A DNA stretch of 54,832 nucleotides from a virus (Duplodnaviria; Caudoviricetes), in the IMG/VR virus record IMGVR_UViG_3300037124_000029, positions 1 through 54,832 of that record; one strand, written 5' to 3'. The position numbers and the translations under genes were made by a program. A model generated the notes under the pieces. The model saw only the letters and a program-made list of their open reading frames with translations, made no database searches and was not told the origin of the DNA. Shown piece by piece: positions 1-8,770 of the stretch; the stretch's first letter is position 1; each line of letters starts with the position of its first letter.

Positions 1-127
1 TTCTGGCAAATTGTTTAAAAATGTCGCGAAATTTTTCAAGTAAACATTGTGCTTTTTGCAATCTTCAACATAATTAGAAATTATAGACATTAAAGATTTT
101 TTTGTCTGTCCAGATTTCAATAATTTT
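1..127. repeat. 127-bp terminal overlap (circular assembly junction), copy 1
   Basis: Identical to 54706-54832; an ORF continues in frame across the junction; implies a 54,705-bp circle. Confidence 0.95.
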
Positions 128-615
128 TCAATCTTACTTTTATCTTTCGAAGACTTACCAGAAGAAGCTCCCCTGATAGGACATTTGCTTGGATAAAACT
201 TATATATTTCTTCTATATCTTCTATTACTGTACCTTTAACTGTTACTGTACCTGTACCTGTAACTATTACTGTTGACGTTTGCTCTCCTTCGTTTAACGA
301 TTTATTACGATTATCAACGGTCGTTGAATTTCGTTCAACTGATTCTTGTTTAGCTGCCTTACGCTTCTCAGCGCTTATTCTACCAGCTTCTTTTCTTTGT
401 TCCTGCTTCTTTTTCCACTTAGATAAATCTCTTTTTAACTGTTGTTTAATCGGTTCAAAAGTTAATTCGATTATTAGATCATCAGTTTTAGGTTCCTTAT
501 CATTAACATAATTCAATATGTGTTTGAATAATTCCCCTGCCTTTTCGTTAGGCATTTTATCTACTGTATGTATCAGATCGCAGTATAGAACAAATCCTTT
601 TTTTTCTTGTGCCAT
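1..615 (-). CDS. Replication initiator protein, 5' part (DUF6291-like N-terminus); continues at 54705..54541, 259 aa in total
   Basis: Own translation from ATG at 615: MAQEKKGFVLYCDLIHTVDKMPNEKAGELFKHILNYVNDKEP...AGRISAEKR, then a low-complexity VIVTGTGTVTV linker; lies directly upstream of the primase-helicase. Confidence 0.75.
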   Translation of the reverse strand, partial: MAQEKKGFVLYCDLIHTVDKMPNEKAGELFKHILNYVNDKEPKTDDLIIELTFEPIKQQLKRDLSKWKKKQEQRKEAGRISAEKRKAAKQESVERNSTTVDNRNKSLNEGEQTSTVIVTGTGTVTVKGTVIEDIEEIYKFYPSKCPIRGASSGKSSKDKSKIEKLLKSGQTKKSLMSIISNYVEDCKKHNVYLKNFATFLNNLPE

Positions 616-650
616 ATTAACATATACGTAAATGTTTTGATAAAAAAAAT

Positions 651-821
651 CTATAAAAGACTACCATATTTTTCCATAATCTTTTTTCTTTCTATAGAAT
701 CAAAAGAATTATTCTCTATTTTTTTTGGAAATGTAACCCTATTGGAGCCAATAAGATCAATAATAGATTGTCTTTTTACTCCATATTCCTCAATTAATAA
801 TTTTACTTTATCTCTAAACAT
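651..821 (-). CDS. Small 56-aa putative HTH DNA-binding protein (below the ORF-track cutoff)
   Basis: Own translation MFRDKVKLLIEEYGVKRQSIIDLIGSNRVTFPKKIENNSFDSIERKKIMEKYGSLL; has its own promoter. Confidence 0.55.
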   Translation of the reverse strand: MFRDKVKLLIEEYGVKRQSIIDLIGSNRVTFPKKIENNSFDSIERKKIMEKYGSLL

Positions 822-841
822 ATTAATTTAATTATTTTACG

Positions 842-872
842 CAAATGTAAATTATTTTTATAAACTTTCAAA
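842..872 (-). promoter_or_regulatory. Bacteroidota-type promoter for the HTH/replication genes
   Basis: TTTG-N19-TACATTTG on the - strand. Confidence 0.6.
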
Positions 873-1175
873 TTTTTCCACAGCTTTTTTTAGAGATCTG
901 AAAGTCCAGGCCCAGACACCAAAGTCTTTCGCCCTTGGATACATTTCTTTCTTCTCAGTGTCACTATAAAGGCGTTTTTCGAAGTCTATGCATAATGGGG
1001 TCGTTTTTCTCTCAAAGACCTCGAAATGGCGAACCCCTTCATCAAAAACGGCATATATAAATCCTTTGTCGTTGAATTGAAGCTGTACAAACCTCATTCC
1101 GGCAACTTCTCCGGTTCCTAAAAATTCTTTTTCTAATACGTGTATCATGATGTTGTTTTGTTCGTTATCGTACAT
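858..1175 (-). CDS. Hypothetical protein (start probably ~1148)
   Basis: Co-oriented ORF; the first codons overlap an intergenic repeat element. Confidence 0.7.
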   Translation of the reverse strand: MYDNEQNNIMIHVLEKEFLGTGEVAGMRFVQLQFNDKGFIYAVFDEGVRHFEVFERKTTPLCIDFEKRLYSDTEKKEMYPRAKDFGVWAWTFRSLKKAVEKFESL

Positions 1176-1198
1176 GGTATTTATTCGCGTGTTAGGCG

Positions 1199-1405
1199 TT
1201 ATTTATACTCTTTTATAAATTTAGCCTTATAAAGCTTACTCTTTTCTGTTAATCCCTTCTTTTCCCATTCATTTAATTCTTTTTTTGTAAGTAAGTAAAA
1301 ATCCTGCCTTCCAAATTCTTCACATCTCTCATGTAAAATAAAACAACGCCTAACACCAAATATAGGCAAATTGCCGAGCCGTTTTTTAAGTTTTGTGAGT
1401 TTCAT
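1199..1405 (-). CDS. Hypothetical protein starting inside an attC-like site
   Basis: ATG lies in the hairpin loop; ORF reads through GTTAGGC in frame. Confidence 0.55.
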   Translation of the reverse strand: MKLTKLKKRLGNLPIFGVRRCFILHERCEEFGRQDFYLLTKKELNEWEKKGLTEKSKLYKAKFIKEYK

Positions 1406-1474
1406 AATTGTATCTTTTTTATCAAGTTTACACTAAATTTCAAGGGCAATCAGCCCATATTATTTCCGTTATGC
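1348..1474 (-). mobile_element. attC-like recombination site (127 bp)
   Basis: - strand GCATAAC-GGAAAT-AATATGGGC-TG-ATTGCC ... GGCAAT-TT-GCCTATATT-TGGT-GTTAGGC: inverse core, imperfect hairpin and GTTRRRY core; overlaps the stop of ORF 1469..1975. Confidence 0.6.
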
Positions 1475-1975
1475 CTCATTTAGTTCAATAACAGTTTTAA
1501 GAACTAATCCCATACCATCAGCTTCTTTTGCAAAATGCTCCATTGCTTCAACTAAAGCGTTACTTTTATCTTTTGCATTCAATATTAAGCACCTGAGCAT
1601 TATATTTGTGGCATTTTGATACACCAGTGAAACAGAAAAACGAGGCATAACACTATCTATATGTAATGCTTCTTTCTCCGTAGTTACACCATTCGCTCCA
1701 TCTAGCGCTTCATGTCCAATTTTATCTCTTATCCAATTGTCTTTAAATTCTTCAATATCAAAACAAGTTACATCAATACTTTGGTAACTGTTTGCATCTT
1801 TCCAGAATTGTATTAAGTCTTGCTCATTAAATCCGCTCATTCCGTATTTAAGGCAGTATTCCGCAAAATCAGTACATTCTGCACTATCATGTGTTGGCTT
1901 GTTGCTGTTAGTTGTGTGGTGTTCCCCGCTCCATTCTTTATATAACTCATCTAGTTTTCCTCTGTTAATTTCCAT
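1469..1975 (-). CDS. Hypothetical protein, apparent chimera with a cassette-derived C-terminus
   Basis: Reads through GTTATGC at 1645-1651 (ALHIDSVMPRF); stop lies inside GCATAAC. Confidence 0.65.
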   Translation of the reverse strand: MEINRGKLDELYKEWSGEHHTTNSNKPTHDSAECTDFAEYCLKYGMSGFNEQDLIQFWKDANSYQSIDVTCFDIEEFKDNWIRDKIGHEALDGANGVTTEKEALHIDSVMPRFSVSLVYQNATNIMLRCLILNAKDKSNALVEAMEHFAKEADGMGLVLKTVIELNEA

Positions 1976-2032
1976 CGCCAGTAAATTGTTTGTTTGTTAT
2001 GTACTATGTTTATTCTCGTGTTGTAGCCAGTA

Positions 2033-2395
2033 CTACATACATGTCTTTATCCATGTTTCAAAAGCATTAATAAACGGTTCTGTATTCTTGCCGCCAGCCC
2101 ATCCTGCAAATCCTATAAACTCATCACCTTTTATACTTTGTGTGTTAAAAGATATAGCCTCTCTACGCTTAAAATAAAAACCGTCAACCATCAAGTAACA
2201 ATTCTTTATGGTTCCATCCTCTTTGTATGTCACATCCTGTTTACGAAGCTTGCACAGCTTCATTTTTAGCTCATTATCTGAATTATTTAGCTCTGATTTT
2301 ATACAACGTATAAGTTGCGCTATATCTTTAGAGCCTATATCACTGTATGTAATTCCACTTTGTTTGTAAAGTTCTCTGGCTTCTTCGTTATTCAT
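2033..2395 (-). CDS. Hypothetical protein
   Basis: 120-aa co-oriented ORF with FIGFAGWA motif. Confidence 0.7.
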   Translation of the reverse strand: MNNEEARELYKQSGITYSDIGSKDIAQLIRCIKSELNNSDNELKMKLCKLRKQDVTYKEDGTIKNCYLMVDGFYFKRREAISFNTQSIKGDEFIGFAGWAGGKNTEPFINAFETWIKTCM

Positions 2396-2415
2396 TTTTT
2401 ACTTTTAAGTTGTTT

Positions 2416-2649
2416 TTAGCCTATTATAATTTTCAATTCCTGTTCGCTTCCGTCATCCCCCTTTAATACCAAGTGTTTACCCTCTTTTACCTGTTTCATT
2501 ATCTCTTTGGCTATTTCGAGGGCTGACGATACTACCCTAGTCCGGCTTTCTTCTCCAATTATTTCCCCCAAGGTAGAAGCGGTTTCCAAGCTTTTTCCAC
2601 TTAGGATCATGCTCACCTTAGATTTTTGTTGTTTAATTTTATTTTCCAT
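2416..2649 (-). CDS. Putative ribbon-helix-helix DNA-binding protein
   Basis: Beta-alpha-alpha pattern (KVSMILSGKS...SRTRVVSSAL); paralogue of 39251..39505. Confidence 0.5.
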   Translation of the reverse strand: MENKIKQQKSKVSMILSGKSLETASTLGEIIGEESRTRVVSSALEIAKEIMKQVKEGKHLVLKGDDGSEQELKIIIG

Positions 2650-2650
2650 G

Positions 2651-2695
2651 TGTTGTTTCTTTATGCAATATACGGACTTTTTTTGGTAATTGCAA
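2651..2695 (-). promoter_or_regulatory. Degenerate copy of the repeated promoter cassette
   Basis: + strand tgttgtttct...caatatacggacttttttt...ttgcaa shared with the copies at 8147, 10363 and 50305. Confidence 0.55.
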
Positions 2696-2716
2696 TAGAT
2701 ATATAACTATAAAACA

Positions 2717-3229
2717 TTATTCAGTCAATCCCGTTATGAATTTTAGTAACCGGGCCAGTTCTTCGTTTCTGTATGCATGTGATAAGTAATTTACCGGGTT
2801 TTTAAGGTTGTGCTTGTTTGCCCGGATATGCTCATCGCAAGCTTTCGATGTTAAAAAAGCGTTACCGTACACATACATTGTATCTTCATTATACACTTGA
2901 AAACCGGCCGTTTCTAGAGCATCGTTTACCCATAAAATATCTGTTTCATTATCAATTGTTTCGGCAACATCTTTATATTCCGTATTTTCAAAACATTCCG
3001 GATTATCCTTTATCCATTTTATTTTTTCTTCATCTGTCCTTATTTCTGTTTCATATTCTGAACTGTACCAAACCTCTTCGCCTGACCCTGAATGAGCAGG
3101 TATTTTTATAGTTTCTTGCACTTGAAAAAAGCAAGGAGATGCAGTATCTCTGTTATCCTGCTCCTTTATTTCTTTTGATAAGTTCATCAAGAACTCATAC
3201 GTTTCGTCTGTTACTTGTATATTTTTCAT
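2717..3229 (-). CDS. Phage hypothetical protein
   Basis: 170-aa co-oriented ORF. Confidence 0.7.
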   Translation of the reverse strand: MKNIQVTDETYEFLMNLSKEIKEQDNRDTASPCFFQVQETIKIPAHSGSGEEVWYSSEYETEIRTDEEKIKWIKDNPECFENTEYKDVAETIDNETDILWVNDALETAGFQVYNEDTMYVYGNAFLTSKACDEHIRANKHNLKNPVNYLSHAYRNEELARLLKFITGLTE

Positions 3230-3453
3230 TTTTATACATTTTTAGTGAGCATTCACCATTATTTTTGCATTTACCTTTTTCCCTGTATTTACAATGAAAT
3301 GTTGTATCTCCACAATAGATTAAATTATCTGCCATTTTTCATGTTTATTTTAAAGATTCATTTCTTCATCTTCAATGATAGGTGCTTTTTCAACTATACA
3401 CACAAACGCAATTGCACATATTACTAATATAACCGCTATAATTATTATTGCTT

Positions 3454-3681
3454 TCATTGTATCTTATTATAGATTTTTAACACTTCTACACTTATTGATC
3501 TTAAATCATCAGACTTTTTCCTTAGGCACTTCTTTATTATATCTTTCTCGGATAGATCAGATACTATTTTTAACTTTTTATCCCCGTTCAAAGTTGCTAG
3601 ACAAAAGGCAAACTGATTAGAAAATATGGTTTTATCAACAACAACACGAGGCTTTATAGGCAATTTACGCTTTTTTATCAT
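3454..3681 (-). CDS. Hypothetical protein
   Basis: Co-oriented, overlaps its neighbour. Confidence 0.55.
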   Translation of the reverse strand: MIKKRKLPIKPRVVVDKTIFSNQFAFCLATLNGDKKLKIVSDLSEKDIIKKCLRKKSDDLRSISVEVLKIYNKIQ

Positions 3682-3883
3682 GGATAGACGTAATTCCTGT
3701 TATTTGGGCGTGTTTCAAAATTATCTCTGGCTCATTGCCGTTAACGTCAAATATGGCATTGAACTTTGTTACAGCTACTAATTTAGCCGTTATATCAGCG
3801 TTAAATGTCGTAGCATTTCTTTTTATAGTGTATTTAAGCCTTACCATTTTGCCTTCAAACACTTTTATTTCTTTTTCTTTCAT
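3665..3883 (-). CDS. Hypothetical protein
   Basis: Co-oriented ORF with A-rich leader. Confidence 0.6.
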   Translation of the reverse strand: MKEKEIKVFEGKMVRLKYTIKRNATTFNADITAKLVAVTKFNAIFDVNGNEPEIILKHAQITGITSIHDKKA

Positions 3884-3907
3884 AGATTTGTTTTAAAAAT
3901 ACCGGGC

Positions 3908-4645
3908 CTATTGACTAAAAGCATCTGAGTTTGAATAAACGCGCCCTAGATGTTGGAACTCCCTAATGAAATTAAATCTTTTGGCCCCAAAATACATTAT
4001 AATCTGAGCCCTGTCATTGCCTTTCTTTTGTTTCCCATTCGGCTGATAAAAACTTAAGCGGCCTTTCGGTAGGCATATAGCGGTTGCATATCCTAATAGT
4101 TTTTGAGATGCAGCCGTGTCCGTGTTGTTATTTGTAAGTACAATTGCCTCAAATCCATGAATAAACCTTTGACTTAAAAAAGTATCCACGGCCCTGTCAA
4201 AGTTACCTCTAGAATATGGCGGGTTCATGAAAAGCGTATCGCAGGCCCAATCTTGTTTGTGGCAATCATCTTCCTTGGAAAAAAACCATTCAGCATTCAC
4301 GAAATTATCGTTCGCGAATTTGCAACTGAACGGATCTAGATCGATGTCGCCCATAACATTGCGGGCCAAATCTGCGATTTCAGGAGGGGTGTAATATTCG
4401 TCACCCGTGGTTTCGTATGCAAGCGTTAAAGAACTGGAAACTACATCCACCTCATAGCCTCCAGAAGCGTTTTTGTCCGTGTAACCGGTTATGTAAAGTT
4501 TTACGGTTCCGCCAGAAATTCCTATAGAATTTTCTTTTATCTGCCGGATTGCGGTTTTTTCGGTAAAAAAAGGTTCTTCCACAAGGAAACCTTCAACTAT
4601 TTCTGATGTCCCTGCCTTTATTCCACTAAATACATTTAGTCCCAT
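3908..4645 (-). CDS. Phage DNA N6-adenine methyltransferase
   Basis: DEYYTPPEI, DIDLDPFS and catalytic FMNPPY motifs, KGRLSF. Confidence 0.85.
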   Translation of the reverse strand: MGLNVFSGIKAGTSEIVEGFLVEEPFFTEKTAIRQIKENSIGISGGTVKLYITGYTDKNASGGYEVDVVSSSLTLAYETTGDEYYTPPEIADLARNVMGDIDLDPFSCKFANDNFVNAEWFFSKEDDCHKQDWACDTLFMNPPYSRGNFDRAVDTFLSQRFIHGFEAIVLTNNNTDTAASQKLLGYATAICLPKGRLSFYQPNGKQKKGNDRAQIIMYFGAKRFNFIREFQHLGRVYSNSDAFSQ

Positions 4646-4684
4646 TTTTTTTGTTTTTCTGGTTTAATAATCAATTAATATTTG

Positions 4685-5095
4685 TTATAAAGCGTACCTT
4701 AAACACGCGTTTCTTTTTTTGTTTCTAGCCTGGTATGATAATTTAGCTTTAGGGCTTTCATTTATGCCATTTTCTAATCTTTTTGAGGCCCTTAAATCTT
4801 TTAATTTAAGTGAAATACTTCTATCTAAGCTATCATATTTATGTTTAAATAGTTTGTCTGTCTCTAAAAGATTAGATATAACTTTTTCTGCATGCAACAC
4901 GGTCGCGTGGTCTTTATTCCCAATCATTTCCCCAATTTTTACTAAAGACAAACATGTATGTTTACGCGCTAACGACATAGCTTCTTGCCTTGCTGTTACT
5001 ATTTCACGCTTCCTTGTTTTTTTTAGCATATCTTCAACGCTAATATCTCTATTTTCCGCTACAGTATCAACAATTATCTTTAAAATTAAATCCAT
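4685..5095 (-). CDS. Stand-alone DnaA C-terminal (domain IV) HTH protein
   Basis: RKREIVTARQEAMSLAR...SLVKIGEMIGNKDHATVLHA matches the DnaA domain IV signature. Confidence 0.85.
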   Translation of the reverse strand: MDLILKIIVDTVAENRDISVEDMLKKTRKREIVTARQEAMSLARKHTCLSLVKIGEMIGNKDHATVLHAEKVISNLLETDKLFKHKYDSLDRSISLKLKDLRASKRLENGINESPKAKLSYQARNKKRNACLRYAL

Positions 5096-5101
5096 GTTTT
5101 G

Positions 5102-7180
5102 TTAAATTTTATAAAAATACCCTTGAAACCTTGTTACATTTAGACCGGGGGCTTTTATCAATCCATCACCATTGCCTGTTAGTGTTTCAGCTCCAGGCTC
5201 ATCGATAACTACTTTAGACGATACTTCTTTATCTACGCTAAAGCATATTTGAACAGGGAAATTAACTTTGATATCACCGCTAACAATTTTAACAGATGCC
5301 CGTTGCGTTGCTGCAACAATGTTAAATCCAGCTGCTCGCCCTTTTTGTGCCAACATCTGAATGTTTTCTTGTAAAGATTTGTCAGTACTGGTATGCACAT
5401 TTTTCATTTTTGGCAGCCCATTTTTGTACATTCCGACTGTTTCCATGCTATAATTTTTTAAAGCATTCCCGCTTCGTGAGAGCATAAAAGCGTCCGCAAA
5501 TTCATCAAAAATTATAAGTTTTTTAGAATATTCACCATTTTCATAACGATCATTCATTTCCTCAACCAACATCATAGCTTCTAATTCTATATCTGATATA
5601 TCAGATACTACTTTTACAAATGAAGGAAGAGGTAGTTTTTTAAATTCGTTCTTGGGATCTAAGATAACAATATCTTTTATCCCGGCTTCAATGGCATACA
5701 TAAGTGTTGATATGAGGCATACAGATTTCCCGGAACCGGTTTGGCCACATACTAAAACGTGCGGAGTTGCTGGACTGTTTAAATCCCAAGCGATAGTATT
5801 ACCAAGATTATCAACACCAATAGGTAAATTAAACCCATTCAATTCTTTGGTATCCCATCGCAATATATCATCACTATTGTGAGCTGTTTCGATTCCCACA
5901 TAAGATTTCCCCTCATACACAAAAAGATTTTTTTGAATCCTAACGTTAGGCTGGTTCAAAGCGTTTGCGATGTCTAAATTATATCGCATCACTTTTGTAA
6001 TAGCTGTCCCGGCACTCACTTCAAGTAAATATGTTTTTGAAGAGTACCCCTCTAATTCGTGAGCCACCTTGGCAGAGATACCAAGCGTTCTCAATACATG
6101 TTCTATTTTTTCGCTGTTGGCCATATTTTTATTGGTTAAATCGTATGGAATAAATTGTTCCGTATATTTTTTAAAGTTTTTCAAAACATTTGGGCTTGCA
6201 GAAGCAAGCGACACATCTCGTATTTTCCTATGTCTTTCCCGGATAAGATCCTGGTTCTCTAAGAGAATGAGATCGTCGGCTTCTGCTAGCATAGTATTTG
6301 TCCAAAAATCGAACAATTCAGCTTTATCTATTAAATTATCTTGATCGTTTATCAGGTAAATATAATCGGGATTTGAAATTGCCTCTATCATTCTTTTTAC
6401 AGCTTCGTATAACATACTTTCGTAAAGTATACGTGACGACTTATCGAGAACTACAGTGTATTTCCCCAATTGCTTGGAACCATCTCGGTTTTTTGAATAT
6501 TTATTCTCAATAAACCAGACCTCGTCTACTTTTACATTGTACCTGGTTTCGTAGCCGATTGCATATGTTATAGCTTGCTTTGAATCTACCAACCCTATCT
6601 CTGATTCGTTTGTAAATTTAGATCTGGACTTGTGATCTATAATAACAACCTTACCGTCTTTTGTTTTAACCGTTAAATCAATCTTAAGATGACAAGGTAA
6701 AGGTATTTCGACTCCATTTATAACAACAAATTCTTTTATATACTCTTCTGCACCAATAATTTCATCTATTTCATCCAGATATACATTTATTTCAGAATAG
6801 AAGTTGTTCAAAAGCGAAACAACCGTTTTTTGTGCCTTATCAATGCAAGATTGTACGGTAGGCGTTGTTTTCTGAATTTTCCATTTGGCTGCATCTATTG
6901 AATCAATGTATTCAAATGCCTCATGTTCTAAGGTTACTATGTCGTGTTTTACGCCTTCATCCTTAAAAGATGAGAAAAAATATTCCAAAGCTGCATGATA
7001 AGCTTGCCCAGAGACTGTTGTAGACGATAGCCTATGTGGCATATTGTATATATACTGCATCTCAAAAGCTTTTTCATTTCTTGCGAATGTAGAGACTTTT
7101 GAATATGACCAGCTATATATTAAATAATTCGAAAAATGTTCTTCAAGCTCATCGTTAGTGAGCAACTTATATTTATTCAT
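5102..7180 (-). CDS. PD-(D/E)XK nuclease fused to an FtsK/SpoIIIE ATPase
   Basis: N-terminus: SYS, GQAYHAALE, KIDL...IIDHKS, QAITY. C-terminus: PHVLVCGQTGSGKS, IFDEFAD, KGRAAG, ATQR, GAETLTGNGDGL. Confidence 0.85.
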   Translation of the reverse strand: MNKYKLLTNDELEEHFSNYLIYSWSYSKVSTFARNEKAFEMQYIYNMPHRLSSTTVSGQAYHAALEYFFSSFKDEGVKHDIVTLEHEAFEYIDSIDAAKWKIQKTTPTVQSCIDKAQKTVVSLLNNFYSEINVYLDEIDEIIGAEEYIKEFVVINGVEIPLPCHLKIDLTVKTKDGKVVIIDHKSRSKFTNESEIGLVDSKQAITYAIGYETRYNVKVDEVWFIENKYSKNRDGSKQLGKYTVVLDKSSRILYESMLYEAVKRMIEAISNPDYIYLINDQDNLIDKAELFDFWTNTMLAEADDLILLENQDLIRERHRKIRDVSLASASPNVLKNFKKYTEQFIPYDLTNKNMANSEKIEHVLRTLGISAKVAHELEGYSSKTYLLEVSAGTAITKVMRYNLDIANALNQPNVRIQKNLFVYEGKSYVGIETAHNSDDILRWDTKELNGFNLPIGVDNLGNTIAWDLNSPATPHVLVCGQTGSGKSVCLISTLMYAIEAGIKDIVILDPKNEFKKLPLPSFVKVVSDISDIELEAMMLVEEMNDRYENGEYSKKLIIFDEFADAFMLSRSGNALKNYSMETVGMYKNGLPKMKNVHTSTDKSLQENIQMLAQKGRAAGFNIVAATQRASVKIVSGDIKVNFPVQICFSVDKEVSSKVVIDEPGAETLTGNGDGLIKAPGLNVTRFQGYFYKI

Positions 7181-7187
7181 AATACGA

Positions 7188-7646
7188 TTAAATATATTTC
7201 AACAATAGGTTCTCGATCTTGGCCCATGTCGCAGCATCAGCAGCAGCATCAGCATCATAAGCAGCAGCAGCCTTCAATTCATCCGGGCCTATTTTCCCGT
7301 CAGCGTAGTCCCTTGCTGCCTTGATTGCCTTGCGGGGCCGGTCGTCTCCGGGGTACTTTTCCTCAAAGGCTGGTAGCGCCAGTTCCGCTACGTCGGCAGA
7401 GAAATGCCTAATCTCCCTTTCGTGCCCGGATACTGCACGTAAAGCCCAAACAGCATCTTTTATCCCGTTCGATTCCAAAATTTGCCGAATCGTTATCTCT
7501 TCGTTCAAATCCTTTGGAGCGCAGCTCTCTAAGAGATTTTTCCAACCTGACTTGCACGGTTTGTGCTTTTTTATCGTCTTGAATGTCGTTTTCATGTTTT
7601 TTGTGTTTTTCAGATTTTTTTTAATTGAGTGCATAAATGCCCTCAC
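7188..7646 (-). CDS. Hypothetical protein with Imm5-like helical region and Ala/Asp-rich tail
   Basis: DDRPRKAIKAARDYADG motif; GCA-rich repeat at ~7230-7272. Confidence 0.5.
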   Translation of the reverse strand: MRAFMHSIKKNLKNTKNMKTTFKTIKKHKPCKSGWKNLLESCAPKDLNEEITIRQILESNGIKDAVWALRAVSGHEREIRHFSADVAELALPAFEEKYPGDDRPRKAIKAARDYADGKIGPDELKAAAAYDADAAADAATWAKIENLLLKYI

Positions 7647-8139
7647 AATGTTTTTCTAATGTATTGAATCCTATTGATAGGTAGTCAAGTGACGCTTTAC
7701 GTCCTTCTTCTCCTTGTTCTTGAAATGTTAAATAGTAATTATGACAAACATCTCTCATATTTGTTATGAAAAAAGTAGAATTATCTGATTTCGAGGGTTT
7801 ATGGCATGAAAATCTTATCTTGACATTATTATCGAAAATTATGTATTTACTTTCAGAATAAGGGGAGCTTTCTAATTTTATTAGGCTCTTATATTTTAAC
7901 CGGAACCAATTATAAATTTTATCATAATCCGTGGCAATTACGGAATTATTTGAAATAAATTTTATAATATCATTCCTTATCATATTTATGATTTTACTTC
8001 TACCTGTATAATATGGTGTTAACTCTTTCAAAGCTTCTGAAAAATCTGATTTGTAATCACATAAGTCTATGTGTTTAGCGTATTTAGCGTATTTTGCCCT
8101 TCTGTGTGCTTCTTTGAATATATGACTTTTGGTTTTCAT
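7621..8139 (-). CDS. Hypothetical protein behind the repeated promoter
   Basis: 172 aa; KIRFSCHKP motif resembles KIRVSDHEP in 49906..50295. Confidence 0.65.
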   Translation of the reverse strand: MKTKSHIFKEAHRRAKYAKYAKHIDLCDYKSDFSEALKELTPYYTGRSKIINMIRNDIIKFISNNSVIATDYDKIYNWFRLKYKSLIKLESSPYSESKYIIFDNNVKIRFSCHKPSKSDNSTFFITNMRDVCHNYYLTFQEQGEEGRKASLDYLSIGFNTLEKHCEGIYALN

Positions 8140-8146
8140 AACATTG

Positions 8147-8217
8147 TTTTTATGTTGTTTCTATACTCAAATATACGGACTTTTTTTGAATATGTTGCAA
8201 ACTTTTTGATGCTTTTT
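8147..8217 (-). promoter_or_regulatory. 71-bp repeated promoter+leader cassette, copy 1
   Basis: 1-2 mismatches to 10363-10433 and 50305-50375; contains TTTG...CGTATATTTG and an A-rich leader. Confidence 0.85.
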
Positions 8218-8770
8218 ATAAAAATTCACCTAATTTATGAAGAGCAAATACAATATCGGCTTCATGAAATGCATCGTCCGCGCCTCTGTGTATTTCATTG
8301 TATTCTTTTTTGGGATAAAAATATTTGTATGCCTCTTCTACTTTTGGCCATTTATACCCACCAAACCTTGACGCTCTACCTATTTTTTGCAACTTGCATA
8401 TATTTGTACTTAAAAGCATAGGGCAAGGCAATTTTTTGAAAAAAAAAACACCATAACTTTCTAAAAAATCAAAATCAAATTTTTGATTATATGCAGTAAC
8501 GCCATTTGGGTATTTACTTATTAAACCTTGCAGATCTTCCTTTATTTCTTCGAATAAAACACCGCCCTGTATTTCTTCAACTGTCATATATCCATTACTG
8601 ACAATCCATGACTTTTTAAGTATTTCAATATCTAGTTCTGGATTTATGATCTTATCAAAAACTATCTCTTTTTCACCTGTGTTTAAATCTAAAGAAACTA
8701 TCCCTATTTCGGCTATCCTCCCCTTGGGAAGAAAACCGGTAGTTTCTATATCAATAATCAATATTTCCAT
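8216..8770 (-). CDS. DEDDh 3'-5' exonuclease (DnaQ-like)
   Basis: IDIETTG (ExoI), AYNQKFDFDFL (ExoII), HRGADDA (ExoIII). Confidence 0.9.
   Translation of the reverse strand: MEILIIDIETTGFLPKGRIAEIGIVSLDLNTGEKEIVFDKIINPELDIEILKKSWIVSNGYMTVEEIQGGVLFEEIKEDLQGLISKYPNGVTAYNQKFDFDFLESYGVFFFKKLPCPMLLSTNICKLQKIGRASRFGGYKWPKVEEAYKYFYPKKEYNEIHRGADDAFHEADIVFALHKLGEFL

Noticed and set aside
7230-7272. GCA/TCA tandem repeat as a regulatory or contingency locus
   Set aside because: Explained by the Ala/Asp-rich coding tail
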